Shown here: positions 24,114 to 32,612 of the stretch, piece after piece
Numbering within the stretch: position 1 is the stretch's first letter
How the letters are laid out: each line of letters opens with the position of its first letter
DNA from: a virus
Length of the DNA stretch: 34,612 bases
Direction: 5' to 3' (one strand)
Virus genome (UHGV): UHGV-0271976
The notes under the pieces: generated by a model
Databases searched by the model: none
What the model was told of the DNA's origin: nothing
The model's input: the letters and a program-made list of their open reading frames with translations, nothing else
Translations under genes and position numbers: made by a program

Positions 24114-24794
24114 TCAGGACTTGATAAAATCACGCAGTCCGTAGTTAATAACGGCGATTCTAATAATCAGCCATTCCGCAATGGCGGTGGTGCTGTTGCC
24201 CTGACAAACCAGACGGAAGATTTTTCTGACAACCTCTGCGGCTGGCTCGTCCACGATGAGAGTCTGCTTATCGTCCGGCTTTCTCTTGTAACCATACGGG
24301 ATAGAGCCGCTGCATCGCATTCCGTCTTTCATTCTGGACTTGAAGATTGCCTTAATTTTGTTGCTGGTGTCCTTGGCGTACCATTCGTTCATGATGTTCA
24401 AGAACGGCGTGAAGTCATTGTCCTGCGGGGTAGCACTGTCCACATTGTTGTTGATGGCTATGAACCGAACGCCCTTTTTCGGGAAAAGGATTTCTGTGTA
24501 GTAGCCAACTTGCAGGTAGTTTCTACCAAAACGACTGAGATCCTTTACCACAAGGGTCTCCACTCGTCCGGCTTCGACTTCTTCCAGCAGGGCGGCAAAA
24601 CCGGGACGATTAAAGTTCGTACCGGAATAGCCGTCATCATAGAAGTGCCGGATATTTCTCAGCCCATGCTGACGGGCATATTCTTCAAGATATTTCTTTT
24701 GGTTCTGGATGGAGTTCGATTCTCCAGCCTGTTCATCATCTCTTGATAAACGCTCATACAGAGCTGTAATTTTGATTTCTTCTTTCTTTGCCAC
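24114..24794 (-). CDS. Serine recombinase, truncated (catalytic domain plus ~70 aa of the recombinase domain); probable gene remnant
   Basis: A GTG start with a strong Firmicutes-type SD (AAGGGAGGT, 7 nt upstream) opens the ORF. The catalytic domain runs ITALYERLSRDD...SIQNQ...YDDGYSGTNFNRPGF...VVKDLSRFGRNY (nucleophile Ser region). Similarity to large serine recombinases stops at ...TAIAEWL and a stop follows soon after. GC is ~45%. Confidence 0.7.
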   Translation of the reverse strand: MAKKEEIKITALYERLSRDDEQAGESNSIQNQKKYLEEYARQHGLRNIRHFYDDGYSGTNFNRPGFAALLEEVEAGRVETLVVKDLSRFGRNYLQVGYYTEILFPKKGVRFIAINNNVDSATPQDNDFTPFLNIMNEWYAKDTSNKIKAIFKSRMKDGMRCSGSIPYGYKRKPDDKQTLIVDEPAAEVVRKIFRLVCQGNSTTAIAEWLIIRIAVINYGLRDFIKS

Positions 24795-24945
24795 GGTTTT
24801 ACCTCCCTTCTTTATGTAATTAAGCAGGTAAACATCGGTCGTGCTTGTGAAACACACCCTTTGTCTATCTGCTTATAGTATAACCGTTCGGGGCTGTGGA
24901 TTAAAACGATCGCAAGATCATCCGGGCGGCAACGCCCACTTCCCT

Positions 24946-24984
24946 TAAAAAGGGGCGGTTTTTTCGAAGCCGCCCCTTTTTTTA
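24946..24984. terminator. Bidirectional rho-independent terminator
   Basis: AAAAA-GGGGCGG-loop-CCGCCCC-TTTTTTT. The stem spans 24952-24958/24970-24976 and has A/T runs on both sides. Confidence 0.55.
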
Positions 24985-25054
24985 TTCCGGGACGGATGGA
25001 GCCTCCAGGATCCGCCATCCGGCCCCCGTGCCGAATCAAGAACAAACAACGCGC

Positions 25055-25084
25055 TTGAATTGGATATCCGTTGCCTCCTATAAT
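25055..25084 (+). promoter_or_regulatory. Sigma70-like promoter for the packaging/late operon
   Basis: TTGAAT (25055-25060), an 18-nt spacer, then TATAAT (25079-25084). It sits immediately upstream of the terS leader. Confidence 0.4.
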
Positions 25085-25107
25085 AGAGCCGCAGGAAAAA
25101 TAAACCT

Positions 25108-25602
25108 ATTACCAAAAGAAAACCGGGGCGGCCGAGCCTCTACACCGAGGAACTCGCCGCCGAAATAGCCTCCCGTCTTGCCAACGGCGAAACCATGAAA
25201 TCCATCTGCTCCGATGACCACATGCCGGAGGTCTGGACGGTCTGGAACTGGCGTGAAACAAAGCCGGAGTTTTCCAAACTCATTCAACACGCACGGGAAG
25301 CGCAGTCGGAAGCTATGATTGACGCCTGCCAGGAGCTGGCCGACGAAGCCGCGAAAGTCGCCCTTGACCCGGAATGCGGCTCCGCCTCCGTCGCCGCGAA
25401 GAAGCTCGCCATTGAAACCCGGCTGAAAGTCGCCGCCCGCTTCGCTCCTGATAAATTCGGAGACCGGGTCCGTCAGGACGTCGCCGGCGTTCCCGGAGCG
25501 CCGCTGGAACGGAAAATCACGCTGGACCCTGAGCAGCTCGCCCAGCTGCAGGAAGACGAGAAAACCGCGCTGGAAACCATCGCCGGCAAACTCCATCCCT
25601 AA
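25108..25602 (+). CDS. terS: Terminase small subunit; probable ATT start
   Basis: Translation in the frame open from 25087 gives TKRKPGRPSLYTEELAAEIASRLANGETMKSICSDDHMPEVWTVWNWRETKPEFSKLIQHAREAQSEAMIDACQELADEA. This is a conserved TerS N-terminus (GRPs.YtpEla..I...La.GesL..IC...). The first ATG is 25195, inside the conserved block. No in-frame ATG/GTG/TTG lies upstream after the tandem TAA TAG stops. Confidence 0.65.
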   Translation: MTKRKPGRPSLYTEELAAEIASRLANGETMKSICSDDHMPEVWTVWNWRETKPEFSKLIQHAREAQSEAMIDACQELADEAAKVALDPECGSASVAAKKLAIETRLKVAARFAPDKFGDRVRQDVAGVPGAPLERKITLDPEQLAQLQEDEKTALETIAGKLHP

Positions 25603-25635
25603 CCCGTCAGGACACGAATCCCCGTCAGCTTCTTC

Positions 25636-26982
25636 TTGCGCCATATCCTCCGCCTTGACCCCTATCCATGGCAGGTGGAGTCCATCAAGGCGTTGTCCCT
25701 GGGTAAGCTGACCCTGGGAGGGAAAAGCGTGGCTCTGGTCGCTCCTAACGGATCCGGCAAGACAAGCAACTGCATCGCTCCCGCCATCCTGTACTTTCTC
25801 ACCTGTTTTCCGCGGGGACAGGTCCCCGTTACGTCCTCATCGTGGATGCAGGTGGAAAAGCAGCTCTTTCCCGCGCTCCGCCGCTACATGGACAATCCTT
25901 TCTTTTCCGGCTGGACCTTCAACAAGACGGAGATCCGCACGCCGGAGGGAGGCTTTGCCGTGGGTTTCTCCACCGACAACGCGGGACGTGCGGAAGGATG
26001 GCATCCAAAAATCTCGCCCGACGTGGATCCTGTCTTTTACGTCCTGGACGAGGCCAAAACCATTCCGGACTCCATCTTCACCGCCGTTTCCCGCTGCACG
26101 CTCTTTCACGCGTTCATCACCTCGTCGCCGGGCGCCGATTCCGGCACCTTCTACGACTGCTTTCACAAAAATTCATCGCTCTACTACAAAATCCGCGTCA
26201 AATACGAGGATTGCCCGCACATTGAAATCAACGACCCGGGCAAGGCCGAACGCCTGAAAAAAGAATATGGTGAGCAGTCCTCCTTCTACCGCTCGGCCAT
26301 CCTTGGTGAATTCACCGACCTTGACGGACAATCCGTCATTTCCCGCCGCGCTCTCATGGAGCTGGTCAACAACCCGCCTCCCTTCCTGGACACCGGAGAG
26401 ACCTGCGGCGGCTTCGACTTTGCCGCGGGAGGCGATGAAAACGTCTTTGCGGCCGGGCAGGGCAACCGTTTTTTCATCGCCGACCACTGGTCCGACCCGG
26501 ACACCGTAGGAGCGCGCGGACGTTTCCGCCGGAAGGCCGCCGAACTCGGCATCTCTGCCGACCGCATCTTTGCCGACGGCGACGGCCTAGGGCTCCCCAT
26601 CATTGATGACTTCCGCGCCGAGGGCTTTCCGGTGCACTCCTACCGCGGCGGGTTTCCGGCGGATGACACACAAGCCTTTGTCAATCTGCGAGCCCAGGCA
26701 TGGCGGGCTCTCGCCCGCGCCATCGAAGAAAAAGAACTCATCCTCGACATTGACGAGGATACGATTGAGCAGCTGGTTGCTCCACGACTCCAAACCGACG
26801 CAATAGGCCGCGTCCGCATTGAAAGCAAAGAAGATATGGCAAAGCGGGGCGTTCGTTCCCCAGACCGGGCCGACGCCCTTGTGATGGCCTGGCACGCGCG
26901 CCGGAACAGCGGACTGGCGCGGACGCTGGGAGCCTGGTACGCCCGTCCCGTGTCATCAAAACGCGCTTACGGGAGATATTAG
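25636..26982 (+). CDS. terL: Terminase large subunit
   Basis: TTG start. Walker A-like VAPNGSGKTS is followed by an acidic ATPase core. The C-terminal nuclease-like region ends ...DRADALVMAWHA. It is in the same frame as terS, separated by a single TAA. Confidence 0.7.
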   Translation: MRHILRLDPYPWQVESIKALSLGKLTLGGKSVALVAPNGSGKTSNCIAPAILYFLTCFPRGQVPVTSSSWMQVEKQLFPALRRYMDNPFFSGWTFNKTEIRTPEGGFAVGFSTDNAGRAEGWHPKISPDVDPVFYVLDEAKTIPDSIFTAVSRCTLFHAFITSSPGADSGTFYDCFHKNSSLYYKIRVKYEDCPHIEINDPGKAERLKKEYGEQSSFYRSAILGEFTDLDGQSVISRRALMELVNNPPPFLDTGETCGGFDFAAGGDENVFAAGQGNRFFIADHWSDPDTVGARGRFRRKAAELGISADRIFADGDGLGLPIIDDFRAEGFPVHSYRGGFPADDTQAFVNLRAQAWRALARAIEEKELILDIDEDTIEQLVAPRLQTDAIGRVRIESKEDMAKRGVRSPDRADALVMAWHARRNSGLARTLGAWYARPVSSKRAYGRY

Positions 26983-27035
26983 GGTTGACAACATATCAAG
27001 ATATCAATACATGACGATATGTAAGCAATCGCAGG

Positions 27036-28484
27036 GTGGTGAAACGGTATCACGCGGGGTTCCTGTCCCCGAATCGAAGGTCCAACTCCTTCCCCTGCAA
27101 CCACCTTTTCTTTAGCCTCAGGTTTAACGCCGTCAAAAATATCCTCAACGCCCCGAAGCTGGTAGCCCAACAGGAGACCAGAATCAAGGAGCTTGAAACG
27201 GACCTGGCCCGGCGAGCGTTGACGGAACAGAGCCGGAAGCCTAACCAGCCTCAATGGTACGAATATTGGGACCCGTTACAGGGCGCCGACCTGCAAACCC
27301 TGATTGACGCCCGGAACGAAGCGCGGCGTGGAGCCTTTGCCCGCCAAATGCTCATTTGGGACGAGGTCATCTACTCGGACGGCTTGATGGGCATGCTCTA
27401 TTCCCGGCTCATTGAAAGCGTCTCCATGCAGGGATGGAAGATTGACGCCGCGGACGACAGCCCGGAAGCCCAGCGTCAGCAGAACGCGCTGGAAGAATTC
27501 TATCACTCCGTCACCGGACTTCAACAGGCCTTTGGGCAGTTGGCCTCCGCTATGTTTTACGGGTACGCCCACCTCCAATACATCGAAGATTCCTGGGGCC
27601 GCCGCTTTGAATTCATCCCGCAGCGATACTGGGTGCGGCCCGGAGAGCTGAACGAATGGCAGTTTAATCCCCAGTGCTACATCGGGGTCGACACGGGCGA
27701 GAGCGTAGAGGAAGAAACGCTCGTGGTCATGGAGCACCGGAACCCCATTCTTTTTCCGGCAACCCGCGCCTCTTTTGAGCGGAATCACGCCAAAGTTACG
27801 TGGGACAACCATATGGACCGCTACGGGAGCGCCCCGGTCATCATCACGGCGCCCAAGGACGCGAGCGCCGCCGTCATGGACGCGCTGGAACGGGCCTGTG
27901 AGGAACTCAAATCGGGAGCCTCCATTGTGCTTCCTCCCGGCTGCACCGCCGAACCGTTGAAAGCCTCCAACATCAACGAAAACTATTTCCTATCCCGAAT
28001 CAACATGTCCGACAAGGACCAGGTGCGGTTTGTAATGGCCGGCACTCTGACCGTCCTGAATGAATCAGGATCCGGCACGCTGGCCGGGGGAGCGCACACG
28101 GATAGCTGGAATTCGGTCGTCTCCGCGGTCTGTTCCAAGGTCGCCGAAGCTTTTAACGCCGCCATCAGCCCGCTTGTCCTGGGAGACGGCGAACCGCTGG
28201 CCCGCCTCCACATCACTTTTGACACCGTCCAGACCCCGCTGCAGAAAGCCGAGGAAATCGCCGCGCTTGCCGACGGAGGCGTCCGCCCCGAGAAGACCGA
28301 GATTGAAGAAAAGATCGGCATGTCGATCGAGGACACGCAGGACCCCGTTCCGGTGACGGCGGCGGCCAACAGGGAACCGGAAAAAGCACTCATTCCGCCC
28401 GATGCTTATGAACAGCTTCAGCAAATGATTTACGCCGGACTCATGAAAGGATTTACCGATGATCAGCACGAAACAAATCAATGA
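27036..28484 (+). CDS. Portal protein (Mu gp29-like)
   Basis: The 482-aa protein sits directly after terL and before the gpI-like protease. The first ~45 aa (GTG start) look non-protein-like, so the true start may be downstream. Confidence 0.55.
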   Translation: MVKRYHAGFLSPNRRSNSFPCNHLFFSLRFNAVKNILNAPKLVAQQETRIKELETDLARRALTEQSRKPNQPQWYEYWDPLQGADLQTLIDARNEARRGAFARQMLIWDEVIYSDGLMGMLYSRLIESVSMQGWKIDAADDSPEAQRQQNALEEFYHSVTGLQQAFGQLASAMFYGYAHLQYIEDSWGRRFEFIPQRYWVRPGELNEWQFNPQCYIGVDTGESVEEETLVVMEHRNPILFPATRASFERNHAKVTWDNHMDRYGSAPVIITAPKDASAAVMDALERACEELKSGASIVLPPGCTAEPLKASNINENYFLSRINMSDKDQVRFVMAGTLTVLNESGSGTLAGGAHTDSWNSVVSAVCSKVAEAFNAAISPLVLGDGEPLARLHITFDTVQTPLQKAEEIAALADGGVRPEKTEIEEKIGMSIEDTQDPVPVTAAANREPEKALIPPDAYEQLQQMIYAGLMKGFTDDQHETNQ

Positions 28485-29571
28485 CCTGTCCCGACCCGCC
28501 AACGGCTGGTTCCACGTTGAGAAAAGCGGAGACCATGACGTTGACTACGGCGAGGGTCCCGCCGTGTTGCGCATCGACGAGCAGGCGATCCGGGACATGG
28601 TGGACGACTTCAACGCCCGCACCTTTGACGGCCCGGGCATGCTCATCGACGGCGACCACCTGAGCCACGACCTTTCCCGCGATACTCGGGCCCTCGGATG
28701 GCTCAAGAGGCTGGACACCTACCGCGACCCTTCCGGCACGCTGGAACTCTACGGGTTCATCGAATGGACGCCGCGCGGCCTGAAGATGCTGCAGGACAAG
28801 GAATACACGCAATCATCCACCGAATATGGCGAAGGCATGACTTTGACGGACGGCGTCTACCGCCCGTCGCGTCTGACCGGCTTCGCTCTGACCAACCGGC
28901 CGCGCATCAAGGGAAAGCGGCCTCTGGTCAACCGACAGACTTCCCCCGCCTCCGACGAGGCCGGGGGCGACCCCAAAAGCCCCGAAGAGGGGGAAACAAC
29001 CCAGAAAACCAATATGGAAAACGACGATAGAGAATATCCGTCCAAGGAGATGGACAAGGCCCAGCGGGCCCTGTTCGACTCCCTGCTTGACAAGCTGGAT
29101 GTCGAATTTGACGGCACCGACGACATGAGCAGGGCGATCCTCGGACGCCTTGATGAACTGCTCTCGCTGGAAAAGCGTGAGAAAGACCACGTGAACGCCG
29201 AAGTGGACGACGCCGTCAGCACGTACGAAAACGCGCTGGACGAGGAAGAACGCGAGGAATTCACGGAAGAACGCCGGGAAGAGCTGAAAAACTCTCTCCG
29301 GGAAAGCCCCGCCGCGCTGAACGCTTTTATCCGTGCGCTCAACCGCCAGACTCCGCCCAAAAAACCGGATCAGGAGGAAAAGAAGGAACTGCCGAAAAGG
29401 ACGCCTCTGAACCGCCGCGCGACGCTGAATCCCCCTGACCCATTCCGCAAGAAGGAATCCATTGACGGATTCAACAACCGCGTCAACGAACTGATCAAGG
29501 ACGGCATGAAGCGCTATGACGCCTACCAGAAAGCGACCGAAGAAGGCTTCATCGTCTCCGCCAACCGATAA
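28459..29571 (+). CDS. Prohead protease fused to a scaffold-like C-terminus (Mu gpI-like)
   Basis: ...LIDGDHLSHD...LGWLKRLDTYRDPSGTLELYGFIEWTPRGLKML..EYTQSSTEY.. fits the Mu gpI family pattern (IDYEHQ...GWI...dGLwa.veWT...EYRYiSP). The C-terminal half is highly charged and scaffold-like (EEREEFTEERREELKN). Confidence 0.6.
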   Translation: MISTKQINDLSRPANGWFHVEKSGDHDVDYGEGPAVLRIDEQAIRDMVDDFNARTFDGPGMLIDGDHLSHDLSRDTRALGWLKRLDTYRDPSGTLELYGFIEWTPRGLKMLQDKEYTQSSTEYGEGMTLTDGVYRPSRLTGFALTNRPRIKGKRPLVNRQTSPASDEAGGDPKSPEEGETTQKTNMENDDREYPSKEMDKAQRALFDSLLDKLDVEFDGTDDMSRAILGRLDELLSLEKREKDHVNAEVDDAVSTYENALDEEEREEFTEERREELKNSLRESPAALNAFIRALNRQTPPKKPDQEEKKELPKRTPLNRRATLNPPDPFRKKESIDGFNNRVNELIKDGMKRYDAYQKATEEGFIVSANR

Positions 29572-29589
29572 CTTAACCCATATCAACCA

Positions 29590-30021
29590 ATGCCATCACT
29601 CAACGTAACCCAGAAAAGCGCCATCGTCTATTTCAACGCCCCTGAAAGCGTTGACCTGTGCGGACAGGAAGGAACCGTCGTGGCGCTGACCGCCAATCCT
29701 GACATCCCCGAATTTGTCGGAACTCCGTTGTCCGCCATCCCCACGCAGACGCAGCTGCTCGGCGTCGTCCTGCAGGGACAGCCCAACAAGGGAACCTGCG
29801 TCGCCGCGCTCGTCGGAATGTATGCCGGCCTGATCAAGGCGGCTCTATCCGACACGCCCGGAACCATCAACGCCGGAACGCCCGTCACCATCACGGCCAA
29901 CGGGACATGGAAGGCCGCCGCCAGCGGCGACACCGTCTATGCCCGCGTTATTCATGCCCAGTGGGAACAGGGCCTTGTGGAAATCGGCTTCGTTCCGTCC
30001 TACCAGGTCGCCGTAGCCTAA
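29590..30021 (+). CDS. Small head protein (DUF2190-like decoration/scaffold?)
   Basis: The 143-aa ORF lies between the protease/scaffold and the capsid gene. The call rests on context only. Confidence 0.35.
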   Translation: MPSLNVTQKSAIVYFNAPESVDLCGQEGTVVALTANPDIPEFVGTPLSAIPTQTQLLGVVLQGQPNKGTCVAALVGMYAGLIKAALSDTPGTINAGTPVTITANGTWKAAASGDTVYARVIHAQWEQGLVEIGFVPSYQVAVA

Positions 30022-30241
30022 CTATTAACCCCAACCAACAGAAAGACCAAGAACAAGGGCTACTCCATTTTGCTCCGCCGTTCAGTTCACCGATGTCCTG
30101 ACCTCCTATTCCGCGGGGTCCGGGAACACCGAAGAGAACTCCATCATCAGCCGCATCGCTCCGATCGTCCCGGTCTATGACCTGAATTTCCAGTACAAGG
30201 TCTGGGACACGGAATCGGCCTTCACCGTCCAGCCCATCCAG

Positions 30242-30982
30242 GTGGGGCCGGGCGAACCTCCCCGCCAGACCGTCCTGCGCGGAAGAAACGAAACCGACAC
30301 CCTTCAGGGCTACGGCTTGACGCTGCCCATCCCTGACGCCTTGCTGGGCGTCAACCGGGAAAAGGCGCAGGCCATCACCCTGGCGGAATACAAACTCATC
30401 GAATCGCAGTTCGTCACTTCGTACGAATACGAACGCGCCAAGCTTCTGATGAGCCAGCTTCCGGCCGCTTCCGGCATGGGTGACTGGGCCAACCAGCAGA
30501 AAAACCCGTTGGCGGACCTGGACAAGGCAATCCTGTCCATCAATGCCGCAACCGGACACATGCCGAACACGATTGTCTTCGGCATCAACGCATGGCAGCT
30601 GCTTCGCTCCAACACGCTCGCGCGTCAGGTGGTTTCCTTCAACAGCGTCGGCCTGTTCAACGAAGACCTTCTTCGCATGGCTCTGATCCGTCCTATCCGG
30701 GATATTTACATCGCGTCCATGCCGTACCGCGACGCTTCCGGCGACGCGAAAACCATCATGGAAAACGAAGTCTATGTCCTGTACAAGGAAGACTCCCCGA
30801 CGCAGTTCGACGCCTCCGCCGTCAAGACCTTCGGTCTTTCCGGCAAGCTTCGCCGAGAAGTCATTACCGAATACAAGCCGACGCCGGCCTTGACGCTCGT
30901 CACAAACCGCGTCTACTCGCTGACCAAGTTGACGAACCCCAGCGCCATCGTCCGCATCGACGCGACGGCCACCGGCGATTAA
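30242..30982 (+). CDS. Major capsid protein (Mu gpT-like), minimal ORF from GTG; coding clearly extends upstream
   Basis: It follows the protease/scaffold. GC3-rich, protein-like sequence in the same frame continues upstream to ~30090-30143 (SYSAGSGNTEENSIISRIAPIVPVYDLNFQYKVWDTESAF) with no in-frame ATG/GTG/TTG. An ATG at 30093 sits one base out of frame. Confidence 0.5.
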   Translation: MGPGEPPRQTVLRGRNETDTLQGYGLTLPIPDALLGVNREKAQAITLAEYKLIESQFVTSYEYERAKLLMSQLPAASGMGDWANQQKNPLADLDKAILSINAATGHMPNTIVFGINAWQLLRSNTLARQVVSFNSVGLFNEDLLRMALIRPIRDIYIASMPYRDASGDAKTIMENEVYVLYKEDSPTQFDASAVKTFGLSGKLRREVITEYKPTPALTLVTNRVYSLTKLTNPSAIVRIDATATGD

Positions 30983-31002
30983 CCCTAACGCCCGCCTCCA
31001 TC

Positions 31003-31479
31003 ATGTCCGCCTTTCCTGCCTGGTCCACGATTTCCACCGACGAAGCCGATCGGCTGCTCGGTCTCAACACCGCCGAACGCGATGCCCTGGTAACAGCCGG
31101 GGAACAGCGCAGCCTGGACTACCGGGATGTCATGATGGAGGCGGTCAACGATGTCTGCATGACCATCCGCGGGGCGCTGGCCAACAACCTCGCCCTGCGG
31201 CAATCGCTCCAGAACAGCGGCATGTACGACATTCCGCAAAGCATGCGGTCCCTGGCATGGCCGCTGATCATCCGGCAGCTCTACCTGCGCTACCAGCTCA
31301 ACCTGACCGATACGCGCCAGAAAGCCGCCGAATCGGCCGACGCGATGCTGGCTCTCTATGCCCGGGGCGACATGCTGCCCGAAAGCGTGGAGGGATCCGC
31401 TCCTGCGGACCCCGCCTACATGATGCCGCGCTACACGCGCCGGCCCTGGTTCAACCCGATGCGAAGCACCTACCGATGA
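31003..31479 (+). CDS. Hypothetical head-completion / structural protein
   Basis: The 158-aa ORF has an ATG start, lies after the capsid gene, and its stop overlaps the next gene's start (ATGA). Confidence 0.3.
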   Translation: MSAFPAWSTISTDEADRLLGLNTAERDALVTAGEQRSLDYRDVMMEAVNDVCMTIRGALANNLALRQSLQNSGMYDIPQSMRSLAWPLIIRQLYLRYQLNLTDTRQKAAESADAMLALYARGDMLPESVEGSAPADPAYMMPRYTRRPWFNPMRSTYR

Positions 31480-32612
31480 TGACCGCCGCCCAGAGAGAGA
31501 TGATCTCCAACGACTACGCCGAGCGCGCCTTTTTCGTGTCCGGCGTGGAACCCGGCGTCATCCTGTCCGATTTTGAGGACAAGGCCGCGAAAGTCGCGTC
31601 CGGCGCCTTGAGCTACGAGGAAGCGCAGCAGGCCATCCGCGAAACCCTGCGCCAGCAGGGCTACCGTCCCCCGGCGACAGGTCAGGGAGGCATTCGGGAT
31701 TTGTCCTCCTGGGTCCGCATCCAGGTCGTGATGGAAACCAACGCGGCCATGGCCCACGGATACCGGAACTGGTACAACTGGACGCAGGATGAAGACACGG
31801 CCGCCTTCAAATTTTACCGCTCCCAGGGCCGGGAAGACCCGCGCTATTGGGCCGAACGCTGGAATCGGGCCAGAGCGGGGCTGGAAGAAGAAGCCACAGA
31901 GGCGGTATCCTCCGGGTTCATCCGGGGCGAGACCGTCGGCTATGCCCTGGCGTCCTCCGATATCTGGATCCGTCTGTCGCGGTTCGGAACGCCTTACCCT
32001 CCTTTTGACTACCTGTCCGGAATGAACATTGCTCCCATCGGAGCCGAAGAAGCCCGCGCTGCCGGGCTGGACGTTTCCCGCGTCCGTCCCGCTCCTGCCA
32101 GCTTCAACGCCACACTGGAAAGCAATGCCCAGGGTGTGACGGAAGCCAACAAGAAGAAGATCCGCGGCATCCTGAAAGACGCCCTGTGCGTCAACAACGA
32201 AAACGACGGAAATACCACCTTTGTCTATACCGACCCAAACGGCACGCGGCCTTACACGGACGCGGAACTGGCGGAACTCCTGTCCGGGGATTTCCCGGAA
32301 GAGATCCCCTTGCGGCAGGTCCAGGCCTTCCGCCTGGCGGCGGCCGGGGGATCCGTGGCCGGAACGCTGGCAGCCCTCTACCTGGACCGCCTGCTGGATC
32401 GCCTGTTTGCCGAAACGGAAGGCGTCTGGTACGCCCGGCCCGCGGACGTGGCCGCCGCGTCCTCCCGCCAGTATATCCCCGTTTCCCGGAAGGAAGAGGG
32501 AGAATTCACCTGGCGCCTTACCTCCGGGCACGTCAAGAAAGTGGAAGACGTCGCCGGAGCCCTCCGCGTGGAACTGCCCACCCCTTACGTTTTACCCTCC
32601 AAATGGCTGTAA
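31476..32612 (+). CDS. Hypothetical virion structural protein
   Basis: The 378-aa ORF starts at the tandem ATG at 31476 and has GC3-rich coding. Confidence 0.3.
   Translation: MMTAAQREMISNDYAERAFFVSGVEPGVILSDFEDKAAKVASGALSYEEAQQAIRETLRQQGYRPPATGQGGIRDLSSWVRIQVVMETNAAMAHGYRNWYNWTQDEDTAAFKFYRSQGREDPRYWAERWNRARAGLEEEATEAVSSGFIRGETVGYALASSDIWIRLSRFGTPYPPFDYLSGMNIAPIGAEEARAAGLDVSRVRPAPASFNATLESNAQGVTEANKKKIRGILKDALCVNNENDGNTTFVYTDPNGTRPYTDAELAELLSGDFPEEIPLRQVQAFRLAAAGGSVAGTLAALYLDRLLDRLFAETEGVWYARPADVAAASSRQYIPVSRKEEGEFTWRLTSGHVKKVEDVAGALRVELPTPYVLPSKWL

Noticed and set aside
25078-25644. 188-aa - strand ORF
   Set aside because: It is antisense to the clearly recognisable terS coding sequence.
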